Made by a program: the position numbers and the translations under genes. Below the pieces are notes generated by a model that worked only from the letters and a program-made list of their open reading frames with translations, had not been told where the DNA came from and did no database searches. This document shows, piece after piece, positions 7,228 to 15,842 of a stretch of DNA of 24,000 nucleotides. This stretch comes from Cronobacter dublinensis subsp. dublinensis LMG 23823 (lineage in GTDB: Bacteria; Pseudomonadota; Gammaproteobacteria; Enterobacterales; Enterobacteriaceae). The stretch spans positions 4,211,398 through 4,235,397 of the forward strand of contig NZ_CP012266.1 of assembly GCF_001277235.1 (NCBI RefSeq), given 5' to 3'. The first letter of the stretch is position 1. Each line of letters opens with the position of its first letter.

Positions 7228-8625
7228 ATGTCTCGCTTAGTCATGATATCCAGCCGCTGCGGCGTACCGCACGGCGCCGACGCGCAGGCGGAAGCCCTGC
7301 ACGACATTATGCGCCAGCGCGGCGGCCTGTGGATGGGCTGGAGCGGCGCTATCGGCCTCGCGGGCGCGCCGCGCCAGGTCAGCGTGCGGGACACCGCCGG
7401 TTATACGCGCCAGCGCTGGTCGATGTCGCCCACGGAGTACGCCGACTACTATCACGGCTATGTGCACCAGGCGTTGTGGCCGGTGTTTCATAACCGGCCC
7501 GATCTCGCCACCCACCCGAAGCGCGCGTTTTGCGCCTATAAAGCCTGGAACGAGGCGGTGGCGGAGATGGCGACGGATGAGATCTGCCCGGATGACGTGG
7601 TCTGGGTGCAGGATTACCATCTCATTCCTCTCGGGCGCTGCCTGAAGGAGGCAGGTCTGCTGAACCCGTGCGGCTTCTTTTTGCATCAGCCGTTTCCGCC
7701 AGGCGACGTCTTCAGAACGCTGCCGGAGCATGACTGGCTGATGCGCTCGCTCTTTTTCTACGATCTGATTGGCTTTCAGTCGGGCAGCGATGTGAACAAC
7801 TTTTTGCTCTGCGTCATGCGCCACTACCGCACGGAGCGGCTCTCCGCCACCACGCTTCGCGTTAACGGCCATATCATTAACGTCGGCGTCTTTCCCTGCG
7901 GCGTGGCGACGGCGCGCCCGGCCCGCCACGCGCCGCTGACCGGCAAATATCCGCGCCAGCTTATCGTCAGCGACGATGTGATAAACGACATCAGCGGCAT
8001 TCATTACCGCATCGACGCCATGCGCAGCCTGCTGAATAACCATCCGCACTATCTGCGCGACGTGACGCTGCTGCAAATGAGCGATCCGGCCAAAGAGTAC
8101 CCGCATTTTTCACCGCGGCTGGAGCAGCAGCTGGCGCGCTTTTGCAGCGAGGTAAACGGCGCTTTCGGCGATCTCAGCTGGTTTCCGGTTAATTATCTGC
8201 ATAACGACGCGCTGAACCGCCGCGCCGTCGCCGGGATTTACGGCCGCGCCAGAGTGGGACTGTTTACGCCGCTGTCAGAAGGCGTGAGCCTGAGCGCTAA
8301 AGCGTATGTGCTGGCGCAGGACCCGGCCGATCCGGGCGTGCTGATCCTCTCCCAGTTCACCGGCACGGCAGAGCAGCTTAAAGGCGCGATCATCGTGAAC
8401 CCGTATGACGCGCACGAGCTTAGCGAGGCGCTGCACTCGGCGCTCGCCATGCCGCTTGCGGAGCGCAGACAGCGACATGCCGCGCTGCTGATGCAGGTGC
8501 GCCAGTATGATAGTCAGTGGTGGGCGGGCGCGTTTCTCGACGCGCTGGAGGGCGAGCCTGGCGCGGGCGCGTCACATCGGCTGACGCGCCAGTACGGCAT
8601 TTTCACGCCGCAGAATCTCTACTGA
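7228..8625 (+). CDS. Glycosyltransferase family 20 (OtsA / trehalose-6-phosphate synthase-like) protein, divergent
   Basis: It is collinear along its full length with E. coli OtsA as I recall it: MSRLV..S.R, GGLW.GWSG, LWP.FH, QDYHL, GFFLH.PFP, YDL.GFQ, TPL..G..L.AK.YV.AQDP..PGVL.LSQF.G and IVNPYD. GAGG precedes the ATG. The gene starts 22 nt after the GS-like stop, so the two probably form an operon. Confidence 0.85.
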   Translation: MSRLVMISSRCGVPHGADAQAEALHDIMRQRGGLWMGWSGAIGLAGAPRQVSVRDTAGYTRQRWSMSPTEYADYYHGYVHQALWPVFHNRPDLATHPKRAFCAYKAWNEAVAEMATDEICPDDVVWVQDYHLIPLGRCLKEAGLLNPCGFFLHQPFPPGDVFRTLPEHDWLMRSLFFYDLIGFQSGSDVNNFLLCVMRHYRTERLSATTLRVNGHIINVGVFPCGVATARPARHAPLTGKYPRQLIVSDDVINDISGIHYRIDAMRSLLNNHPHYLRDVTLLQMSDPAKEYPHFSPRLEQQLARFCSEVNGAFGDLSWFPVNYLHNDALNRRAVAGIYGRARVGLFTPLSEGVSLSAKAYVLAQDPADPGVLILSQFTGTAEQLKGAIIVNPYDAHELSEALHSALAMPLAERRQRHAALLMQVRQYDSQWWAGAFLDALEGEPGAGASHRLTRQYGIFTPQNLY

Positions 8626-8631
8626 AGGGCG

Positions 8632-9822
8632 TTATTCGGCGAGCGCCTGGGCGCAGGCCCAGGCGGAGCTCCAGGCCCACTGGAAGTTATAGCCGCCAAG
8701 CCAGCCGGTCACATCCACTACTTCGCCGATAAAATAGAGCCCCGGCACGTTGCGCGCCTCCATCGTGCGGGAGGAGAGCGCATGCGTATCCACCCCGCCG
8801 AGCGTGACTTCCGCGGTGCGGTAGCCTTCGGTGCCGTTGGGCTGGACGCGCCAGCCGTGCAGCGTCTCCAGCAGCTCCTGCTGCTGGCGGCTGTTGAGCT
8901 GTTTCAGCGTGACGTCCGGCAGTTGTCCGAGGCTTTGCAGGCACTCCACCAGCCGCTTTGGCAGCAGCATCGCGAGCGTGTTTTTCAGGCTCTGGTTCGG
9001 GTGCGCGGCGCGCTGTTCGTCGATAAACGCGCCCGCGTCGACATCCGGCAGCAGGTTGACCGCCACCCACTCGCCCGGTTGCCAGTAGCTGGAGATCTGC
9101 AAAATCGCCGGGCCGGAGAGCCCGCGATGGGTAAAAAGGATGCTTTCGCGAAACACCGTGCCGTCGTCGGCAGTGACCACGGTGGGCACCGAGACGCCGG
9201 AGAGCGTCTGGATCTGTTCAAGCAACGGCTTATGCAGCGTAAACGGCACCAGGCCCGCGCGGGTCGGCAGCACGTTCAGGCCAAACTGCTCCGCGACTTT
9301 ATAGCCGAACGGCGTCGCGCCGAGGCCGGGCATCGACAGGCCGCCGCTCGCGATAACCAGCTTCGGCGTTTGTACCGCGCCGCCGTTAAGCGTCAGGGTA
9401 TAGCCGTTCTCGTCGCGCGCGATGCCCAGCACTTCGCTGCGCAGCCGCACGGTGACGCCGCCTTTCTCGCACTCCGCCATCAGCATCGTGACAATCTGTT
9501 CCGCCGAGTCGTCGCAGAAAAGCTGTCCGAGCGTTTTCTCATGCCAGGTGATGCCGTGCTTGCCCACCAGATCGATAAAATCCCACTGGGTGTAGCGCGC
9601 CAGTGCCGATTTGCAGAAGTGCGGGTTGGCGCTGAGGTAGGCCGAAGGCTCAACGTAAAGGTTGGTGAAATTGCAGCGTCCGCCGCCGGACATCAGGATT
9701 TTACGCCCCGGTTTTTTGCCGTTATCCAGCACTAACACCCGGCGCCCTGCCTGTCCTGCCAGCGCTGCGCAGAATAATCCTGCCGCGCCCGCCCCTACGA
9801 TGATGGCATCAAACTGTTCCAC
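8632..9822 (-). CDS. yhiN: NAD(P)/FAD-dependent oxidoreductase YhiN (BaiN/RdsA family)
   Basis: There is an N-terminal FAD fingerprint (DAIIVGAGAAGLFCA) followed by GRKILMSGGGRCNFTN. It is syntenic with pitA as in E. coli. A GTG start at 9822 has GAGGAAGG upstream. Confidence 0.9.
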   Translation of the reverse strand: MEQFDAIIVGAGAAGLFCAALAGQAGRRVLVLDNGKKPGRKILMSGGGRCNFTNLYVEPSAYLSANPHFCKSALARYTQWDFIDLVGKHGITWHEKTLGQLFCDDSAEQIVTMLMAECEKGGVTVRLRSEVLGIARDENGYTLTLNGGAVQTPKLVIASGGLSMPGLGATPFGYKVAEQFGLNVLPTRAGLVPFTLHKPLLEQIQTLSGVSVPTVVTADDGTVFRESILFTHRGLSGPAILQISSYWQPGEWVAVNLLPDVDAGAFIDEQRAAHPNQSLKNTLAMLLPKRLVECLQSLGQLPDVTLKQLNSRQQQELLETLHGWRVQPNGTEGYRTAEVTLGGVDTHALSSRTMEARNVPGLYFIGEVVDVTGWLGGYNFQWAWSSAWACAQALAE

Positions 9823-9985
9823 AACCCTTCCTCATTGCCGTTAAGGCCGCGAATTGTAAAGTTTCCGCTCTGGTCGCACCAGACAAAACCCTGTTACAAA
9901 TTCTAATAAATTGAATTTAAAAGGTAATCTCTTTAGTGAAATTGACATTAGGACGACACCGATTAAAAAAAGTCTATATTTCACT

Positions 9986-10014
9986 TTGCCCATGCCGCCG
10001 TTGTCTTAGATAAT
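9986..10014 (+). promoter_or_regulatory. Candidate sigma70 promoter for pitA
   Basis: TTGCCC (9986-9991), a 17-nt spacer, then GATAAT (10009-10014), about 38 nt upstream of the pitA ATG in an AT-rich intergenic region. This is a motif match only. Confidence 0.35.
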
Positions 10015-10051
10015 GCGCCGCGTTCATGTCCTCAAAATGGCGTAACGTCCT

Positions 10052-11554
10052 ATGCTACATTTGTTTGCCGGGCTTGATTTACACACTGGCCTGTTACTAT
10101 TGCTTGCTCTGGGATTTGTACTGTTTTATGAAGCTATTAACGGCTTCCATGATACGGCAAACGCAGTCGCAACGGTTATCTATACACGCGCTATGCGATC
10201 GCAACTTGCGGTGGCTATGGCGGCTCTCTTTAACTTCCTCGGTGTTCTGCTTGGCGGCTTAAGCGTAGCTTATGCGATTGTGCATATGCTGCCGACCGAT
10301 CTGCTGCTGAACGTGGGCTCCGCTCATGGCCTGGCGATGGTGTTCTCCATGCTGCTGGCCGCTATCATCTGGAACCTCGGCACCTGGTATCTTGGCTTGC
10401 CGGCGTCCAGCTCCCATACGCTGATTGGCGCTATCATCGGGATTGGCCTGACCAACGCCCTGATGACCGGCACCTCCGTGGTGGATGCGCTGAACATCCC
10501 GAAAGTGCTCAACATTTTCGGTTCGCTTATCGTATCTCCGATTGTCGGCCTGGTATTCGCAGGCGGGCTGGTGTTTTTGCTGCGTCGCTACTGGAGCGGC
10601 ACCAAAAAACGCGCTCGTATCCACCTGACGCCAGCCGAGCGTGAAAAGAAAGACGGCAAGAAAAAGCCGCCGTTCTGGACCCGCATTGCGCTGATCCTGT
10701 CGGCTATCGGCGTGAGTTTTTCTCACGGCGCGAACGACGGCCAGAAAGGCATCGGCCTGATTATGCTGGTGCTGATCGGCGTGGCCCCTGCGGGCTTCGT
10801 GGTGAATATGAATGCCTCCGGCTATGACATCACCCGCACCCGCGACGCGGTCAACAACGTGGAAACGTATTTCCAGCAGCATCCGGCCGCGCTGCGTCAG
10901 GTCGCGGGCGTTGACCCGGTTATCCCGACCCCGGAGCAGGTGAACCCGACGGGCAACACGAAAGAGTTCCACTGCGACGCCAGCCGCGCCGTTCTGGCGC
11001 TGGATCGCGCGAAAGCCATGCTGAACAACATCGACAGCTACGACAAGCTGAGCGTGGATCAGCGCAGCCAGCTGCGCCGCATTATGCTGTGCATCTCTGA
11101 TACCACCGATAAAGTGGCGAAGCTGAAAGAGACCAGCGCGGGAGATCAGCGTCTGTTGAAAAACCTGAAGGCGGATATGCTCAGCACCATCGAGTATGCC
11201 CCGGTCTGGATAATCATGGCCGTCGCGCTGGCGCTTGGCGTGGGGACGATGATCGGCTGGCGCCGTGTGGCAACCACCATCGGCGAGAAGATCGGTAAGA
11301 AAGGTATGACCTACGCGCAGGGCATGTCGGCGCAGATGACAGCAGCCGTTTCTATCGGCATCGCGAGCTATACCGGTATGCCGGTGTCCACGACGCACGT
11401 GCTGTCGTCGTCGGTCGCGGGCACGATGCTGGTCGATGGCGGCGGTCTGCAACGCAAAACCGTCACCAGCATCCTGATGGCATGGGTGTTCACCCTGCCA
11501 GCGTCCATCGCGCTCTCAGGCGTGCTGTACTGGATAGCGCTGCGTTTCGTGTAA
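10052..11554 (+). CDS. pitA: Low-affinity inorganic phosphate transporter PitA
   Basis: The N-terminus [48 protein letters not shown] is near-identical to E. coli PitA. There is a second GANDGQKG motif, the length is 500 aa, and synteny agrees. Confidence 0.95.
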   Translation: MLHLFAGLDLHTGLLLLLALGFVLFYEAINGFHDTANAVATVIYTRAMRSQLAVAMAALFNFLGVLLGGLSVAYAIVHMLPTDLLLNVGSAHGLAMVFSMLLAAIIWNLGTWYLGLPASSSHTLIGAIIGIGLTNALMTGTSVVDALNIPKVLNIFGSLIVSPIVGLVFAGGLVFLLRRYWSGTKKRARIHLTPAEREKKDGKKKPPFWTRIALILSAIGVSFSHGANDGQKGIGLIMLVLIGVAPAGFVVNMNASGYDITRTRDAVNNVETYFQQHPAALRQVAGVDPVIPTPEQVNPTGNTKEFHCDASRAVLALDRAKAMLNNIDSYDKLSVDQRSQLRRIMLCISDTTDKVAKLKETSAGDQRLLKNLKADMLSTIEYAPVWIIMAVALALGVGTMIGWRRVATTIGEKIGKKGMTYAQGMSAQMTAAVSIGIASYTGMPVSTTHVLSSSVAGTMLVDGGGLQRKTVTSILMAWVFTLPASIALSGVLYWIALRFV

Positions 11555-11572
11555 GCGAATTCGCGGGGCGTG

Positions 11573-11606
11573 AAAAAGCGGGTCAGGCAGCTGACCCGCT
11601 TTTTTA
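11573..11606. terminator. Bidirectional rho-independent terminator shared by pitA and uspB
   Basis: A perfect 14-bp stem pairs AAAAAGCGGGTCAG (11573-11586) with CTGACCCGCTTTTT (11591-11604) around a GCAG loop. An A-run lies on one side and a T-run on the other. It overlaps the uspB stop codon. Confidence 0.8.
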
Positions 11607-11939
11607 ATGGCAAATCATCAGCCCAATCAGGCTGATAATCACTAACCCGCAAAGTGAACTGGTGAGAATAAACTGGCGGCGCACGCGTTCGCAGCGGCGA
11701 ATAAACTCGTCGTCATGATGATCGAGATAACGCTGCCAGTAGATATACCAGACAAGGCGAATCTGTTTGCTGGGCTGACCATGCGCGGTAAAAAAGCCGC
11801 CGCCGTCCACATACTGATAAAGCAGCGGATCGCACCCACGGAGCACCACTAAAAGCGCGCGTAATGATGAGAAATAACGCGCCATATTAATAACGCAAAC
11901 CAAAAACAAAGCCCAAAACAGCGCGACGGTGCTGATCAT
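11604..11939 (-). CDS. uspB: Universal stress protein B
   Basis: An internal ATG at 11939 gives [50 protein letters not shown]..., 111 aa and near-identical to E. coli UspB. GGGGGGAAGG precedes the start. Confidence 0.95.
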   Translation of the reverse strand: MISTVALFWALFLVCVINMARYFSSLRALLVVLRGCDPLLYQYVDGGGFFTAHGQPSKQIRLVWYIYWQRYLDHHDDEFIRRCERVRRQFILTSSLCGLVIISLIGLMICH

Positions 11940-12065
11940 ACCTTCCCCCCGACGACTCGCCTGGAAAGCAATGGCTCTCCAATACCTGAAAGACTGTTCT
12001 GTGAAAGCGTGCATGCGTGAAAGTCGATCAGGTTCACATTTATTCACCCGAGCGGCTTTTTTAAT

Positions 12066-12072
12066 AGTGTAG
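12066..12072 (-). promoter_or_regulatory. Candidate sigmaS-type -10 element for uspB
   Basis: The minus strand reads CCTACACTATTAA. The core CTACACT fits the sigmaS extended -10 pattern CTAYRCT, including the -13 C, about 125 nt upstream of the uspB ATG. uspB is known to be sigmaS-dependent in E. coli. The -35 region is weak. Confidence 0.35.
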
Positions 12073-12160
12073 GAGATCCGGTAATTTTTTTACCACATCG
12101 TTAATCCTTATCAACGCTCGCGGACATATTTTTAGCTTGAATGTATGCGACCCCGGCGGA

Positions 12161-12189
12161 TTGACGGATGTACCGGGGCGCTATAAGGT
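12161..12189 (+). promoter_or_regulatory. Candidate sigma70 promoter for uspA
   Basis: TTGACG (12161-12166) is followed by TATAAG at a 15-nt spacer or TAAGGT at a 17-nt spacer, about 145 nt upstream of the uspA ATG. A CCCCGG/CCGGGG dyad (12151-12178) flanks it. The spacing is not ideal. Confidence 0.3.
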
Positions 12190-12334
12190 AAAATTAGCTT
12201 TAGCGCTAAGTCTTTACGCTGGAATGAGTTCCCGCGATTGTGGTACGCAGGACGCGGGCACGGGGATGACGTCGCAGGCAGCAATCCGTCATCCAGTCCA
12301 CTGGTCATCGACATCTTATGGAAGGAGTAACACT

Positions 12335-12772
12335 ATGGCTTACAAACATATTCTCATCGCGGTCGATCTGTCTCCTGAAAGCAAAGTGCTGGTAGATAAA
12401 GCGGTATCTATGGCGCGTCCCTATAACGCGAAGATTTCCCTGATTCATGTCGATGTGAATTATTCCGACCTCTACACCGGGTTAATTGACGTTAACCTGG
12501 GCGATATGCAAAAGCGTATCTCCGAAGAAACGCACCATGCGCTGACCGAGCTTTCCACCAACGCAGGCTATCCGATCACCGAAACCCTGAGCGGCAGCGG
12601 CGATCTGGGCCAGGTGCTGGTCGACGCCATCAAGAAATATGATGTGGATCTGGTGGTATGCGGTCACCATCAGGATTTCTGGAGCAAGCTGATGTCTTCT
12701 GCGCGCCAGCTTATCAACACCGTTCATATCGATATGTTGATTGTTCCGCTGCGCGACGACGAAGAAGCGTAA
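12335..12772 (+). CDS. uspA: Universal stress protein A
   Basis: An ATG at 12335 follows [82 protein letters not shown] is near-identical to E. coli UspA. I rejected the upstream in-frame extension to 12137. Confidence 0.95.
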   Translation: MAYKHILIAVDLSPESKVLVDKAVSMARPYNAKISLIHVDVNYSDLYTGLIDVNLGDMQKRISEETHHALTELSTNAGYPITETLSGSGDLGQVLVDAIKKYDVDLVVCGHHQDFWSKLMSSARQLINTVHIDMLIVPLRDDEEA

Positions 12773-12779
12773 TGGCGAT

Positions 12780-12808
12780 GGCGGGTGCGCGATGCTTACC
12801 CGCCCTAC
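12780..12808 (+). repeat. REP-like palindromic unit
   Basis: GGCGGGTGCGCGATGCTTACCCGCCCTAC has a stem pairing GGCGGGT with ACCCGCC and a CTAC tail. The same family recurs at 20632-20659 and 20700-20726. It lies between the convergent uspA and rsmJ genes. Confidence 0.6.
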
Positions 12809-12845
12809 AATTTCCCTTTACGTGTGAGACGGCGGGCGCAGAGAT

Positions 12846-13598
12846 TTACGCTGGCGTACCGGCGTAGATATCAAACCGGTGGCCTTTTGTGACCACGGCA
12901 TTCGGGGTAGGAACGTCGCCAAGCGGCGGCGCGTAGTCGGGGCGTTTGACCACCACACGCTTCGTGGCGAGCGCGCGCGCAGGCGCCAGCAGCCCGTCGG
13001 CGTCGAGATCCGGCCCCACCAGCGACTGAAACACCCGCATCTCCTTTTTCACCAGCGCGCTCTTCTGCTTGTGCGGAAACATCGGGTCGAGGTACACCAC
13101 CTCCGGGCGCGGCGTAATCTCATCCAGTGCTGTGAGGCTGGAGGCATGGATCAGCTGTAACCGCTCGCGCAGCCACGGCCCGATTTCCGCGTCCTGATAG
13201 CCGCGCGCCAGCCCGTCATCCAGCAGCGCCGCGACAACCGGGTTACGCTCCAGCATCCGCACATGGCAACCTACCGATGCCAGCACGAACGCATCGCGTC
13301 CAAGTCCCGCCGTCGCGTCCACCACCTGCGGCAGATAGCTGCCCTTCACGCCGACCGCTTTGGCCACCGCCTCGCCGCGACCGCCGCCGAATTTCCGCCG
13401 GTGCGCCATCGCGCCCTCGACGAAATCGACAAAAATCCCGCCAAGCTTCGGTTCGTCGCGCTTGCGCAGTTCAAGATGCGCAGGGGTCATCACCAGCGCC
13501 ATCGGGTTATCGGCGTCGTGCGTCAGTCCCCAGCGGGCCGCCAGAACAGATAAGGCGCCGTCTCCGGCGCCTGTTTCATCAATCAGACAAATATTCAC
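12846..13598 (-). CDS. rsmJ: 16S rRNA (guanine1516-N2)-methyltransferase RsmJ (YhiQ)
   Basis: [25 protein letters not shown]...[20 protein letters not shown]...[23 protein letters not shown] matches E. coli RsmJ closely. It has a GTG start and lies 8 nt downstream of prlC, so the two probably form an operon. Confidence 0.95.
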   Translation of the reverse strand: MNICLIDETGAGDGALSVLAARWGLTHDADNPMALVMTPAHLELRKRDEPKLGGIFVDFVEGAMAHRRKFGGGRGEAVAKAVGVKGSYLPQVVDATAGLGRDAFVLASVGCHVRMLERNPVVAALLDDGLARGYQDAEIGPWLRERLQLIHASSLTALDEITPRPEVVYLDPMFPHKQKSALVKKEMRVFQSLVGPDLDADGLLAPARALATKRVVVKRPDYAPPLGDVPTPNAVVTKGHRFDIYAGTPA

Positions 13599-13606
13599 GC
13601 GTAAGG

Positions 13607-15649
13607 TCAGCCCTGAATGCCATAGTGTTCCAGCATCGCGTCGAGCTGCGGTTCGCGGCCACGGAAGCGTTTGAACAGCTCCATCGGCTCTTCGGAGCCG
13701 CCGCGCGTCAGGATGTTATCGAGGAACGACTGACCGGTATCGCGGTTGAAAATCCCCTCTTCTTCGAAGCGGGAATAGGCGTCCGCCGCCAGCACGTCGG
13801 CCCACAGATAGCTGTAGTAACCCGCCGCGTAGCCGCCCGCGAAAATATGGCTAAAGGCATGCGGGAAGCGGCCCCAGGTCGGGCCCGGCACCACGGCGAC
13901 CTGCTTTTTGATCTCCGCGAGGGTTTCCAGCACTTTCGCGCCCTGCTCCGGGCTGAACTGCGCGTGCAGGCGGAAGTCGAACAGGCCGAACTCCAGCTGG
14001 CGCAGGATAAACATCGCCGCCTGATAGTTTTTCGCCGCCAGCATTTTATCCAGCAGCTCCTGCGGCAGCGGCTCGCCGGTTTCAAAATGACCGGAGATAA
14101 ACGCCAGCGCGTCCGGCTCCCAGCACCAGTTTTCCATAAACTGGCTCGGCAGCTCGACCGCATCCCACGGCACGCCGCTGATGCCCGCGACCCCTGGGGT
14201 TTCGATGCGGGTCAGCATATGGTGCAGGCCGTGACCGAACTCATGGAACAGCGTGATCACTTCGTCATGGGTAAACAGCGCCGGTTTGCCGCTCACCGGG
14301 CGGTTAAAGTTACAGGTGAGGTACGCCACCGGTTTTTGCAGCGAGCCGTCCGCTTTACGCATCTGGCCGACGCAGTCATCCATCCACGCCCCGCCGCGCT
14401 TGTTTTCCCGTGCGTAGAGGTCAAGGTAGAAGCTGCCGCGCAGCTCGCCGCTCTCGTCATAAAGCTCGAAGAAGCGCACGTCCGGGTGCCAGACGTCGAT
14501 ATCTTTGCGCTCTTTAGCGCTGATGCCGTAAATGCGTTTAACCACTTCGAACAGGCCGTTAACGGCTTTGTTTTCCGGGAAATAGGGGCGCAGCTGTTCA
14601 TCGCTAATGCTGTAGAGATGCTGCTTCTGTTTTTCGCTGTAATACGCGATATCCCAGGGTTGCAGCTCGTCGACGCTAAAATGTTCTTTTGCGTAGGCGC
14701 GCAGCTGGGCGAGCTCTTTTTCACCCTGCGGCCGGGCGCGTTTGGCCAGATCGGTTAAGAATTCCAGCACCTGCTGCGGGTTTTCCGCCATTTTGGTGGC
14801 GAGCGATTTTTCCGCGTAACTGTCAAAGCCCAGCAGTTGCGCCAGTTCGTGGCGCAGCGCCAGGATCTCTTCCATCACCGGCGTGTTATCCCATTTGCCA
14901 GCGTTCGGCCCCTGGTCGGAGGCGCGGGTGCTGTAGGCGCGGTACATCTCTTCACGCAACGCCTGGTTGTCGCAGTAGGTCATCACCGGCAGATAGCTTG
15001 GGATATCCAGCGTCAGCAGATAACCCTCTTGCTCTTTGGCTTCGGCCATGGCTTTAGCCGCCGCCAGCGCGCTTTCCGGCATGCCGGAGAGTTCAGACTC
15101 ATCGGTCACGAGCTTCGTCCAGCCCTGCGTCGCGTCCAGCACGTTATTGCTGTAGAGCGAGCCCAGCTCGGAGAGACGCGCCGCGATTTCGCCGTAACGT
15201 TTCTGTTTGTCTTTCGGCAGACCGATGCCGGAAAGCTCGAAGTCGCGCAGCGCGTTATCGACCGCTTTTTTCTGGGCGGTGTCGAGTTTCGCGTAGTTGT
15301 CGCCGTCGCGTAAATCGCGATACGCCTGGTAAAGCCCTTCGTGCTGGCCCACCCAGGTGCTGTATTCAGAGAGCAGCGGCAGCGTCTGCTCATAGGCTTC
15401 GCGAAGCTCAGGGCTGTTTTTCACGGAATTCAGATGGCTTACCGGAGAGAAAATACGGCCCAGTCGGTCGTCGGTCTCCGCAAGCGGCTGGCAAAGCGAT
15501 TCCCAGCTGTAAGGCGCGCCGCGGCTGACGACCGCCTCCACCTGCGCCCGGCACGCTTCCAGCGCTTTCGTCACGGCTGGCACCACGTGCTCGGGTTTAA
15601 GGGAGGAAAACGGCGGCAGTTCAAAAGGCGTCAGTAATGGATTGGTCAT
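13607..15649 (-). CDS. prlC: Oligopeptidase A (M3 zinc metallopeptidase)
   Basis: An internal ATG at 15649 gives [15 protein letters not shown]..., 680 aa as in E. coli PrlC, with the zinc motif HEFGHGLHH. Confidence 0.95.
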   Translation of the reverse strand: MTNPLLTPFELPPFSSLKPEHVVPAVTKALEACRAQVEAVVSRGAPYSWESLCQPLAETDDRLGRIFSPVSHLNSVKNSPELREAYEQTLPLLSEYSTWVGQHEGLYQAYRDLRDGDNYAKLDTAQKKAVDNALRDFELSGIGLPKDKQKRYGEIAARLSELGSLYSNNVLDATQGWTKLVTDESELSGMPESALAAAKAMAEAKEQEGYLLTLDIPSYLPVMTYCDNQALREEMYRAYSTRASDQGPNAGKWDNTPVMEEILALRHELAQLLGFDSYAEKSLATKMAENPQQVLEFLTDLAKRARPQGEKELAQLRAYAKEHFSVDELQPWDIAYYSEKQKQHLYSISDEQLRPYFPENKAVNGLFEVVKRIYGISAKERKDIDVWHPDVRFFELYDESGELRGSFYLDLYARENKRGGAWMDDCVGQMRKADGSLQKPVAYLTCNFNRPVSGKPALFTHDEVITLFHEFGHGLHHMLTRIETPGVAGISGVPWDAVELPSQFMENWCWEPDALAFISGHFETGEPLPQELLDKMLAAKNYQAAMFILRQLEFGLFDFRLHAQFSPEQGAKVLETLAEIKKQVAVVPGPTWGRFPHAFSHIFAGGYAAGYYSYLWADVLAADAYSRFEEEGIFNRDTGQSFLDNILTRGGSEEPMELFKRFRGREPQLDAMLEHYGIQG

Positions 15650-15706
15650 AAGCGCGTCCTGATTAGTGTTGGTTAAGCGCATCTTGCAGCGACAATGTCT
15701 TGTAGC

Positions 15707-15733
15707 ATGGGGTTTAGTGTAGTTAATTTCAAT
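15707..15733 (-). promoter_or_regulatory. Sigma32 (heat-shock) promoter of prlC-rsmJ
   Basis: The minus strand reads ATTGAAA, then the 14-nt spacer TTAACTACACTAAA, then CCCCATGC. The consensus is CTTGAAA-N13-15-CCCCATNT. The -10 element ends about 57 nt upstream of the prlC ATG. prlC belongs to the E. coli sigma32 regulon. Confidence 0.65.
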
Positions 15734-15842
15734 GCCCCGCGCTGGGCTTTACCCGTTGAGCGCACGCATCCCGTAAGCGGTCACTTTCCGGTATACTGTT
15801 CAAAATCGATGTTCATTTACGCCTTTTGGAAACCCATCCCGC

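Noticed and set aside
9891-9910. CTGTTACAAATTCTAATAAA upstream of pitA, considered as a possible Pho box.
   Set aside because: Only the first half-site resembles CTGTCAT. The second half, 11 bp away, does not match. pitA is not a classical PhoB target.
10026-10262. A 78-aa ORF overlapping the pitA start.
   Set aside because: It is out of frame with pitA and overlaps it. pitA's N-terminus is unambiguous, and there is no independent support for this ORF.
10259-11452. A 397-aa minus-strand ORF inside pitA.
   Set aside because: It is antisense to pitA. Its composition is His/Arg/Gln/Asp-rich and implausible for a real protein, so it is a shadow ORF.
12137-12334. A 66-codon in-frame N-terminal extension of uspA in the ORF track. 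Similar extensions occur at 5475-5594 (P60), 5779-5865 (GS-like), 11940-12047 (uspB), 15650-15682 (prlC), 693-746 (KS) and 86-160 (lipoprotein).
   Set aside because: The internal starts reproduce the known orthologue N-termini or give proper signal peptides, and they have better Shine-Dalgarno sequences. The extensions overlap promoter regions or upstream genes.
13277-14758. A 493-aa plus-strand ORF spanning the rsmJ/prlC region.
   Set aside because: It is antisense to two near-identical orthologues of well-known E. coli genes. Its sequence is Arg/Pro/Ala-rich with no domain signature, so it is a shadow ORF.
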